Assembly: GCA_965262725.1 (NCBI GenBank)
Contig: OZ253555.1
Location: forward strand, 1,088,001-1,152,000
Reading direction: 5' to 3'
Source of the DNA: Dehalococcoidia bacterium
GTDB lineage: Bacteria; Chloroflexota; Dehalococcoidia; UBA2979
DNA length: 64,000 nucleotides
Positions 49,783 to 58,500 of this stretch are shown here, piece by piece. The notes under the pieces were generated by a model that saw only the letters and a program-made list of their open reading frames with translations, searched no databases and was not told the DNA's origin. Each line of letters starts with the position of its first letter. The stretch's first letter is position 1. The position numbers and the translations under genes are program-made.

Positions 49783-50592
49783 ATGAGGGCTTCGCGTCGT
49801 TCCCTGTGGCCCCTAACCCTAGGGCTGGCGATGCTGGTCGCCTGCACCTCGTCTGCCGACCAACCACCAGCTGTGACGGCGCCGGCAGAGTCCGGGAGGA
49901 CGGCTCCGACCGCCTCCGCGGCCGCGGTGCCGACGGAGTCCGGGAGGACGGCTCCGACCGCCTCCGCGGCCGCGGTGCCGACGGAGTCCGGGAGGACGGC
50001 TCCGACCGCCTCCGCGGCCGCGGTGCCGACGGAGTCCGGGAGGACGGCTCCGACCGCCTCCGCGGCCGCAGCGCCGACGGAGTCCGGGAGCACGGCTCCG
50101 GCCGCGCCCGCCGGCACAGCTCCGACCTCCTCCGGGAGCGCGGCACCGAACGCGCCCGCCGCCGTAGCGACCGCGCCTCCGGACGTCGGCTTCCCGACTG
50201 GCCCGGCCGTCCTGGTCGTGGCCAACTATGAGCCGCCGCCCGACCGCGTGGACTCGACGGGCGCCTTCCTGCCGGCGAACGGGAAGCCGACGCTGGTCTT
50301 CGTCGATGCGATTTGGTGACCGTCCTGCGCGCTCGCGCGGCCCGTCGTGCACGGGCTTCGGAACGAGTACCAGGACCGAGTGAATTTCGTCATTCTCGAC
50401 TTCGACCGGGACGACGAGCGCGACCTCGCGAGTGCCATGGGCGTGGGACGGCATCCGGCGTATGCGGTCGTGCCACCCGCCTCGCCGCCCGGTGATGCCC
50501 TCCTGCAGCGATTCGGACCGCTCACCGAGGATCATCTGCGTGCTTTGCTCGTGGAGGTCGCGGAGCTCTTTCCGACCGAGGGGGGCAGCTGA
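49783..50592 (+). CDS. thioredoxin-fold lipoprotein with UxxC motif, probable selenoprotein (TGA 50317-50319 read as Sec)
   Basis: lipobox LVAC; Ala/Pro/Thr repeat stalk; GKPTLVFVDAIW-TGA-PSC continues in frame into RPVVHGLRNEYQDRVNFVILDFD..HP; hairpin downstream of the TGA. Confidence 0.82.
49888..50100 (+). repeat. 48-bp coding tandem repeat (~4.4 copies; ESGRTAPTASAAAVPT)
   Basis: units start at 49888, 49936, 49984, 50032 and 50080; first three identical, fourth with V>A, fifth partial. Confidence 0.95.
50320..50367 (+). promoter_or_regulatory. candidate bacterial SECIS element
   Basis: stem GCCCGT (50340-50345)/ACGGGC (50351-50356), loop CGTGC with G in second position, 26 nt after the UGA; possible lower stem CTCG/CGAG. 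Confidence 0.6.
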
Positions 50593-50604
50593 GGACCGGG
50601 GTCG

Positions 50605-51933
50605 CTACGCCGGTTCGCACACGGCCCGCACGCCGCAGAAGAGGATCTCGATCCCGAGGCGCAGGTTCTCGATCGAGAGGCGCTCGTCATTGCCGTGGGC
50701 CCGTCCGCTCTCCCCCTCCGAGAGGAGCACCGGCACGAAGCCGTAGGCGGGGATGCCGCGCCGTCGGAAGACGCGAGAGTCGGTGAAGCCCGTCGAGACG
50801 CCGGGGACGACCGCCGCCGCCTCGACGACCGAGAGCGCTGCCGCCTCCAGAGCACGGTAGAGTTCGGTATCGACGGATGAGGCGCGCGTCGACGACGAGA
50901 ACACGGTCTCAACCTCGACCGTCGGATCGTCGATCACACGCGCGAGCTCCGCGAGAAAGCCCTGCGGGTTGTCGCCGGGCAGGAGCCGGACATCGAGCGT
51001 CGCCTCGGCGAGCGAGGGGATGACGTTGTGCTTCACACCGGCCGTGACGCTGGTGACGGCGATGGAGGCGCGCTCCAGCGAGCGTAGCCGGGGCTCAGTG
51101 GCTGCGAGCCTGGCGAGCGCCTCGACCGTGGGCGGGCCCTTCAGCGCGCCGGCCCGGTGCAGCGCCCTCAGGTATGCGGTGACCTCCGGCACGAGCCGCG
51201 CCGGGCGCTGCCACCCCTCGATCCGCGAGAGCGCGCGCACCAGCCGCTCGATCGCCGCGTCGGCGTGCGGCACCGACCCGTGGCCGGCCTGGCCCGTCGC
51301 GCGCAGCGTGAGCCAGAGCGGTCCCTTCTCGGAGACGCCGATGGTGAAGATCGGGCGCTTCACCCCGAACGTCTCCTGAGCGCCCATGCCGCCCTCGTTG
51401 ATCACGTAGGCGCAATCGAGCAGTTCCGGGTGGTCGCGGTCGAGGAACTCGATCCCCCAGCCGCCACCAGCCTCCTCGTCGGGCACGGCCATCAGCATGA
51501 GATCGCGCCCCAGCGGGAGCCCGAGTCGCCGGTGCAGGAGCAGCACGAGCAGCTCCATCACGCCCATCCCCTTCATGTCGATCGTGCCGCGTCCCCACAC
51601 GTGACCGTCGCTCACGGCGCCCGCGAACGGATCGACCGACCAGTGACCGCGCTCGGCGGGAACGACGTCGGTGTGATGCAGGAGCACCAGCGGTCCGCCG
51701 CGCGAGCCGTCGCCGGCGAGCTGCGCGATGAGGCTCGTGCGCGAGGCACCCGCCCCGGGGCCCGGGTCGATCCGGCGCGACGGTATTCCCTCGGCGTCAA
51801 GCACCTCGGCCAGCCAGTCGCAGGCACCGATTTCGTTGCCCGGCGGGTTCGTCGTGTCGATGCGCACGTACGTCGAGAGCAGCTCCACCGCCTCGGCGGT
51901 GACGGCCTCCCAGTCCACCTGCGGAGGGCTCAT
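50605..51933 (-). CDS. M20/M25/M40 family metallo-hydrolase
   Basis: IDTTNPPGNE, HHTDVVPA, WGRGTIDMKG, PDEEAGG, NEGG, GHGS, GFTDSR, HGNDER. Confidence 0.92.
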   Translation of the reverse strand: MSPPQVDWEAVTAEAVELLSTYVRIDTTNPPGNEIGACDWLAEVLDAEGIPSRRIDPGPGAGASRTSLIAQLAGDGSRGGPLVLLHHTDVVPAERGHWSVDPFAGAVSDGHVWGRGTIDMKGMGVMELLVLLLHRRLGLPLGRDLMLMAVPDEEAGGGWGIEFLDRDHPELLDCAYVINEGGMGAQETFGVKRPIFTIGVSEKGPLWLTLRATGQAGHGSVPHADAAIERLVRALSRIEGWQRPARLVPEVTAYLRALHRAGALKGPPTVEALARLAATEPRLRSLERASIAVTSVTAGVKHNVIPSLAEATLDVRLLPGDNPQGFLAELARVIDDPTVEVETVFSSSTRASSVDTELYRALEAAALSVVEAAAVVPGVSTGFTDSRVFRRRGIPAYGFVPVLLSEGESGRAHGNDERLSIENLRLGIEILFCGVRAVCEPA

Positions 51934-52814
51934 CCGCCGACCCCCGCCTCCCGGCAGCACCCGGCGAAGACGGTCATCGCCTCGATGTGGGACCCCGCGC
52001 CGCGCAGCCCCGCCCCCATCGTGTTCAGTGTGAGGTGCGTGGCCCCCGCCTCCTCCCAGGCGCGGGCTGCGGCGACCTGTTCACGCACGTTCCGTCCAGC
52101 GATCTGCACGCGCGTCTCGACGCCGATCGAGGCGGGGTCGCGCCCCGCGCGGCGGATCTCGCGGTGCAGTTCCGTGAGCGGGCCCGCGAGCGAGGCCGGG
52201 TCCCCGCGCAGGCGGGGCGTGATCAGCCATCCGTCGGCGTGGCGCGCGATCCGGGAGAAGACGGCGGGCGCGCCGCCACCCATCCAGAGCGGTACCCTCC
52301 CGCCGGGTGGTCGGGGCTTCACGCCGGCCGAGCTGACGCGATGGAAGCGGCCCTCGAAGCGCACGGACGGCCGCTCCCACAGGGCGCGCATCAGCGCGAT
52401 CTGCTCCTCGATTCGCTTGCCTCGCGTGTGGTAGTCGACGTCCAGGGCCTCGAACGGCGGACGCTGCGAGCCGACGCCGACGCCGAGCCAAAGGCGGCCG
52501 TCGGAGAGCACGGCGAGCTCTGCGGCTTGCTTCGCCACGAGGGCGCCCTGTCGCGGCGGCAGGACCAGCACGCCCGTCAGGAAGCGCAGGCGGCTTGTCA
52601 CGGCCGCCATGTACGCGAAGAGCACCAGCGGCTCGTGCCGGGTCCGCTCGGCGGGATCGCGCAGCACGCCCGGGTGGTCGGGATCCGCGCCGAAGACGTG
52701 GTCGAAGGCGACGGCGTAGTGGTAGCCGGCCTCCTCGGCGGCGCGCGCCCACTCGGCGACGGCGTTCGGCTCTGTGATCGGATCGAGCTGCGGAAAGACC
52801 ACACCCAGCGGCAT
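51930..52814 (-). CDS. LLM class (probably F420-dependent) oxidoreductase
   Basis: GVVFPQ, FDHVFG, HEPLVLFAY, VLVLP..VAKQAAEL..LSDGR..LGVGVG. Confidence 0.88.
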   Translation of the reverse strand: MPLGVVFPQLDPITEPNAVAEWARAAEEAGYHYAVAFDHVFGADPDHPGVLRDPAERTRHEPLVLFAYMAAVTSRLRFLTGVLVLPPRQGALVAKQAAELAVLSDGRLWLGVGVGSQRPPFEALDVDYHTRGKRIEEQIALMRALWERPSVRFEGRFHRVSSAGVKPRPPGGRVPLWMGGGAPAVFSRIARHADGWLITPRLRGDPASLAGPLTELHREIRRAGRDPASIGVETRVQIAGRNVREQVAAARAWEEAGATHLTLNTMGAGLRGAGSHIEAMTVFAGCCREAGVGG

Positions 52815-52822
52815 TGCCCCGC

Positions 52823-53713
52823 CTACTCCATCCGGTCCAGCGCTTCGCGGAAGCGCTCGAGGACCTCGGCATGTTGTTGTGGCGCGCTCCAGCCGGCGCC
52901 CATTGTGTTGACGGCGAGGTGGCTGACGCCGCTCTCCTCCCATCGGCGCGCCTGCTGCGCGGCGCCTTCATAGTCGATCGCTGCGCCGCGACTCTCGCCC
53001 GGTGCGAGAGGGAGGTGGACCTCGACGCCGATGGAGCTTGGCTCTCGGCCGGCGGCGGCCGCCGCCTCGTGCACGCGGGCGAGATCGGGCGCGAGGGTCT
53101 CGGGCTCGCCGTGCGGTGGGAACCACCCCTCCGCGAGTCGTCCCACACGCGACAGAACGCGGGGTGCCGTCCCCCCCATCCAGATCGGGATCGCACCCCT
53201 GGCCGGACGGGGGCGCATCGGCCCGCGGACGCGGTGGTAGCTCCCCTCGAACGTCACCTCGTCCTGCGCCCAGAGTGCCCTGACCAACGCAATCTGCTCC
53301 TCGATGATCCGACCGCGCTGCGCAAAGTCTACGCCGAGCGCCTCGTATTCGACGGCGTTCCAGCCGACACCGACGCCCAGCCTCAGCCGACCCCCGGCGA
53401 GCTGCGCGAGCGTCGCGGCCTGCTGTGCCACCAGCACCGCCTGCCGCTGGGGCAGGACTAGGACGTCGGTCACGAACTCAAGCCGCTCCGTGCACGCCGC
53501 GAGGTGAGCGAACAGCAGCAGCGGCTCGTGGAACGGCGTCTCGTGGGTGTAGGCACCGCGCCAGCCCCCCGGCCGGACGGGGTCGACTCCGAGCACGTGG
53601 TCGAAGGCGAGGAGGTGCGAGTAGCCCGCCCGCTCCACGTCTCGCGCGAATCCTCGCAGCGCCGCGGCGTCGCCCTCGATCTCGGTCTGCGGGAAGATAG
53701 CGCCGAGCCGCAC
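52823..53713 (-). CDS. LLM class (probably F420-dependent) oxidoreductase
   Basis: GAIFPQTEI, FDHVLG, FHEP, LPQRQ, GVGWNAVEYEALG, PIWMGG; tandem paralog of the downstream gene. Confidence 0.9.
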   Translation of the reverse strand: MRLGAIFPQTEIEGDAAALRGFARDVERAGYSHLLAFDHVLGVDPVRPGGWRGAYTHETPFHEPLLLFAHLAACTERLEFVTDVLVLPQRQAVLVAQQAATLAQLAGGRLRLGVGVGWNAVEYEALGVDFAQRGRIIEEQIALVRALWAQDEVTFEGSYHRVRGPMRPRPARGAIPIWMGGTAPRVLSRVGRLAEGWFPPHGEPETLAPDLARVHEAAAAAGREPSSIGVEVHLPLAPGESRGAAIDYEGAAQQARRWEESGVSHLAVNTMGAGWSAPQQHAEVLERFREALDRME

Positions 53714-53837
53714 GGATCGCCTCCGCCCTCGGGGCGCGCATCGCGCCTCATCGCGAGGCACTCTATACACCGGATCCGCTCCGGTACGCAGGGACACCGC
53801 TCTCCCGCGCGCCGAGGCGGGCCCGTACGCTGCTCGC

Positions 53838-54728
53838 GTGTACGTCGTTGTTCTTGTTGCCGCAGTCGTCGCGATCTCCTGGGCGGCGCCGTTGATCCGG
53901 CTGGCCGAGGCACCGGTACTCGTCATCGCCGCTCTCCGGATCGGCTTCGCCGCCGCGCCGATGGCGGCGGCCGCGGCCTGGTGGCGTCGCGATGAGCTGA
54001 GGATGCTCGGCCGAGACGGGCCCGCTCGTCGCGACGCGGCGTTCGTCGCGTTGGCCGGCGCGGCGCTCGCCGGCCACTTCTGGGCATGGGTGTCGGCCAT
54101 CGATCGGACGTCGGTGATCACGAGCGTCGTGCTCGTCGCCCTCCAGCCCTTGATCGCCGCGCTTGGCGCGTGGCTGTTGCTCCGCGAGCGGCCTCCACGC
54201 GTGACGCTCGTGGGGATGGCGATCGCGTTCGGCGGGGCGTTGCTCCTCATCGCCGACGACCTCGGCGAACGCGGCTCGCTCACGGGTGACGGCCTCGCGC
54301 TCCTCGCCGCGGTGCTGGCGAGCGGCTATCTGGTCGCCGGCCGCCGCGCGCGGCGCCGACTCTCGAACCTCACCTACGGGGCCGTCGTCTACTCCGGGGC
54401 GGCGGCGATCCTGCTCGTGGCGATCGCCGGCTCGGGGACGCGCCTGAGCGGCCACCCGGCCGAAGCGTACCTGTTGATCGTCGCGCTCGCGCTCGGGCCC
54501 CAGATGATCGGACATAACGCTCTCAACTGGGCGCTCGGCGCGCTGCCGGCTGCGACGGTGGCGGTCGTGACTCTGGGCGAGCCGGTGGGCGCGGCCGTAA
54601 TCGCCGCACTCTTGCTCGACGAGCTGCCGAGCGCATCCGAGATCTTGGGTTCGGTGGTGGTGCTCGTCGGGGTCGGTGTGGCCCTGGCGCCTCTGTATTC
54701 GCCGGCGACTCGTCGCCAGCTTCTTTGA
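53838..54728 (+). CDS. DMT/EamA family transporter
   Basis: about 10 hydrophobic helices, ALR, HFWAW, QP, GDGLAL, PQMIGH, GEPVGA. Confidence 0.9.
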   Translation: MYVVVLVAAVVAISWAAPLIRLAEAPVLVIAALRIGFAAAPMAAAAAWWRRDELRMLGRDGPARRDAAFVALAGAALAGHFWAWVSAIDRTSVITSVVLVALQPLIAALGAWLLLRERPPRVTLVGMAIAFGGALLLIADDLGERGSLTGDGLALLAAVLASGYLVAGRRARRRLSNLTYGAVVYSGAAAILLVAIAGSGTRLSGHPAEAYLLIVALALGPQMIGHNALNWALGALPAATVAVVTLGEPVGAAVIAALLLDELPSASEILGSVVVLVGVGVALAPLYSPATRRQLL

Positions 54729-55017
54729 TGCTCCATGACTCCTCCGCCCTGCCTCAGGGGTGCGCACGATTCGCGCGGCACGGAGGCGGGGCTATCGTTA
54801 TTCTCGTCACGTGCCGGAGTGATACCAAGATGTCGCGCGAACTCGAAGAACGGATCGTTGCGTACGTCTCGCACTTGTTGTAGATCTTGAGTCGTTCGCG
54901 ATGACCTTCAACGCCGCCGTCGTGCCGTGGCAGGACTGTCAGATAGAATGGCCGGTTCCCAAGGAATCGATCTTGGGTTAGTCTGGTAGAAACTGGTTGT
55001 CTAGAAGGGGGCGTTTC

Positions 55018-55269
55018 ATGCCGAAGTTTGAGAAGGTGGATCCGAAAGATGTCGCCGTCGGCCGCGGGCGAGCGGCGATGGCCGAGCGCGCGCCCTACAT
55101 CGAGGCCCTGAAGGCCGGAGCCGCCGGGCGCATCGAGCTCCAGCGCGGGGAGAAGCAGGCGATCGTCAAGCGACGGCTCCAGGAGGCGTCCCGCGAGTGC
55201 GGGATCAAGATCCGCTCCTCCTGGGAGAACCCCCGCATGCTCGTCTGGAAGCGAACCCGCACGAAGTAG
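55018..55269 (+). CDS. small basic hypothetical protein (83 aa)
   Basis: K/R-rich, typical codon usage, SD AGGGGG, upstream TAGAAT -10 (54944-54949). Confidence 0.75.
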   Translation: MPKFEKVDPKDVAVGRGRAAMAERAPYIEALKAGAAGRIELQRGEKQAIVKRRLQEASRECGIKIRSSWENPRMLVWKRTRTK

Positions 55270-55410
55270 CACCCCGGCGCGCCCCTCTGCGACATCGCAG
55301 CCGATCACGCGGATGGCGGGGCGGCGCCGCCGAGCGATCGGGCTCCGCGCACGGGCCGCGCGCGCGCGGAAGGGCGCCCCTCAGGGTGCCCGGACGGCGA
55401 CGGCGCGCGC

Positions 55411-55472
55411 TTGCCGGATTGTGAGAGATCGCGCAATATGAGAGGCCGTCCGGCGCGACGGACGGGTATGAT
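55411..55472 (+). promoter_or_regulatory. putative gltB promoter(s)
   Basis: TTGCCG-17 bp-CAATAT (55411-55439) and a second -10-like TATGAT (55467-55472). Confidence 0.35.
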
Positions 55473-55530
55473 TCTCTCCTCGGAGTGCAGCGGCCGGAAC
55501 CTCCCGATCGTTGGGTAGCGAAGGAAGCCC

Positions 55531-58500
55531 GTGGTGGCACAGGGCAGAGCCCCGGTATTCCCCGAACGCTCCGGTGGCGGGCTGTCGCGTGGGGCCTCCG
55601 TCGAGGAGGTGGCCGCCGGACGCCTGCTCTACCATCCAGCGCACGAGCACGACGCGTGCGGCACGGGTTTCATCGCGCGGGTGGACGGCACACGTTCGCA
55701 CCGCATCGTCGAACTCGCCGTCGAGGGTGTGGTCAACCTCACCCACCGCGGCGCCGTCTCCGCGGATGCGACCTCCGGCGACGGCGCGGGCGTCACCATT
55801 CAGATCCCCTTCGAGCTCCTGGTGGAGGACGCGGCGCGTCTGGGTCGGACGCTGGTTGACCGCGATCGGCTCGCGGTGGCTATGGTCTTCCTGCCGCACG
55901 AGGAGGCGGATCGACCGTCGGCGCGGGCGATTCTGGAGGAGTCGCTTGCTCTCACCGGCGTCGATGTTATCGGGTGGCGCGCGGTGCCGACCAACCCCTC
56001 GGTCCTCGGTGGATTGGCGCTCGACAGCCTCCCCGGGATCGAGCAGTTGCTTCTCGCGCGGCCCGACGGCCTCCAGCCCGGTCCAGACTTCGATCGTGCG
56101 CTCTACCTCGCGCGACGGCGGGCGGAGCAGCGCTACCGCGAGGAGGGCGTCGACTGCTATGTCGTCTCGCTGTCGGCGCGCACCGTCGTCTACAAGGGAC
56201 TGATGGCGGCGCCGCAACTCGGCGCCTTCTACCCGGACCTCGGCGACAAGCGCACGGTCTCCGCGCTCGCGCTTCTACATCAGCGCTTCGCGACCAACAC
56301 GCTGCCGAACTGGAAGCTGGCGCAACCCTTCCGGATGGCTGCGCACAACGGCGAGATCAACACGCTCCTCGGTAATCGCAACTGGATGAGCGCGCGCGAA
56401 CCGGAGCTCACGTCCGCGCTGTGGGGTGAGCAGCTGTCGGAACTCCTTCCCGTGATCTGGCCGATCGGTTCCGATACGGCCTCCTTCGACGAGGCACTCG
56501 AACTCCTCGTTCACTCCGGCCGCGGCCTCCTCCATGCGCTGATGTTGCTCATCCCGGAGGCCTGGGAGAACATGCCGCAGATGGACGCCACGCTACGGGC
56601 GTTCTACGAGTACCATGCGTGCCTCTCGGAGCCGTGGGACGGGCCCGCCGCTGTCGCCGTCACTAACGGGAGCATGGTCGCCGCGGTGCTCGATCGCAAC
56701 GGGCTGCGTCCCGCGCGGTACCAGGTGACGCGCGACGGTCTCGTCGTGATGGCGTCCGAGGTGGGTCTGGTCGACATTTTCCCCGGCGATATCGTGGAGT
56801 CGGGGCGCCTCGGCCCGGGTCAGATGATCGCCATCGATACCGCCCGGAGGCGGCTGATCCACAACGACGAGATCAAGCGCGAGATCTCCTCGCGTCGTCC
56901 CTACGGGGAGTGGGTGAGCCGCAACCTCCACCACCTCCCCCGCGCCTCCGGCCGCGCCGGCGAGGCGCGCGAGGAGGTGGCTCGAGGAAACGGTCGGGCA
57001 CCCGGCGCCTTGGATGGCACGTACCTGGCCGATGCGGATGTCGCACGGCTGCAGCGCCTCTACGGCTACACGCGCGAGGAGCTGCAGTACGTCATCAAGC
57101 CGATGGCCGTTGACGGCAAGGAGCCGACGGGCTCCATGGGTGACGACACGCCGCCGTCCACTCTGCAGGACGACTCGCGGCTGCTCTACACCTACTTTCG
57201 CCAGCGCTTCGCGCAGGTGACCAACCCACCGATCGACTCCGTCCGCGAGGAGATCGTGATGTCCCTCGACACCTACCTCGGGCGTCGCCATTCACTGCTC
57301 GAGGCAACGCCCGAGGCGGCGCGACTGGTCCACCTGACGAGCCCGCTGATGACGGACGAGGAGATCGTGGCTCTCAGGCAGGTGCCGCTCGCGGACATCT
57401 CCGTGACCACGTTGCACGCGCGCTTCCTCGCCGCCGATGGCGAGGCGGGGCTGCGGCGGGGGCTTGAGGAGATCTGCTCCGCGGCCGTTCTCGCCGTCGA
57501 CGAGGGGCAAACGGTGCTCATCCTCAGCGATCGCCTCACCGACGAGCAGTGGGCGCCGATCCCGCTGTTGCTCGCGGTTTCGACCGTGCACCACCACCTG
57601 ATCCGCGAGAGACGACGGATGCGCGTGAGCATCGTGGCGGAGGCGGGCGACGCCCGCGACGTCCACCATCTCGCCTGTCTGGTCGGTTTCGGGGCCTCGG
57701 CGGTGAACCCGTACCTCGCATTCGAGACCCTGCGGCAGATGCACGAGCAGGGGGAGTTCGGTGAGCGCCCGCTCGACGAGACGCTCCAGCGCTACGAGCA
57801 GGCCGTCGACACCGGGATCCTAAAGATCATGTCGAAGATGGGGATCTCCGCCGTCTCCTCCTACCACGGAGCACAGATCTTCGAGGCTCTGGGCATCTCC
57901 AACGAAGTCGTGGAGGCGAGCTTCCCCGGAACGACTTCGCGCATCGGCGGCATCGGATTCGCCGAGATTGCCCGCGACGCGTGCGAGCGGCACGAGGCCG
58001 CCTATCGCGAGACCAACCTCCCGCACGGCGGTTGGTACAAGTACCGCCGGGACGGCGACTATCACGCGAACGAGCCTCCAGTGTGGCGCCAGCTTCAGAA
58101 GGTCGCGCAAGGATCCGGTGCCGAGGGGTACCGCGACTTCACCCAGCTGGTCTACGAGCGCCCGCCGACCGCTCTCCGCGACCTGCTCGAACTGGTCCCC
58201 GACCGCGAGCCGATCGCGATCGAGCGAGTCGAGCCGGTGCACGCGATCACGCAGCGCTTCCAGACGGGGGCGATGTCTCTGGGCGCGCTCTCGCCCGAGG
58301 CGCACGAGGACATGGCGCGCGGCATGAACATGCTCGGCGGGCGCTCCAATACCGGCGAGGGCGGCGAGGACCCCCAGCGCTACCTGCCGCGTGGTGAGAA
58401 GCGGGACGCGAACTCGCTTGTGAAGCAGGTCGCGTCGGGCCGATTCGGCGTCACGCCGGCCTACTTGGCCGCGGCCGCCGAACTCGAGATCAAGATGTCG

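Noticed and set aside
49888-50100. Tandem repeat as a CRISPR array
   Set aside because: Units are contiguous without unique spacers, in frame within a CDS, and there are no cas genes
55419-55436. TTGTGAGAGATCGCGCAA as a Rex or CRP site upstream of gltB
   Set aside because: Only the left half-site matches well
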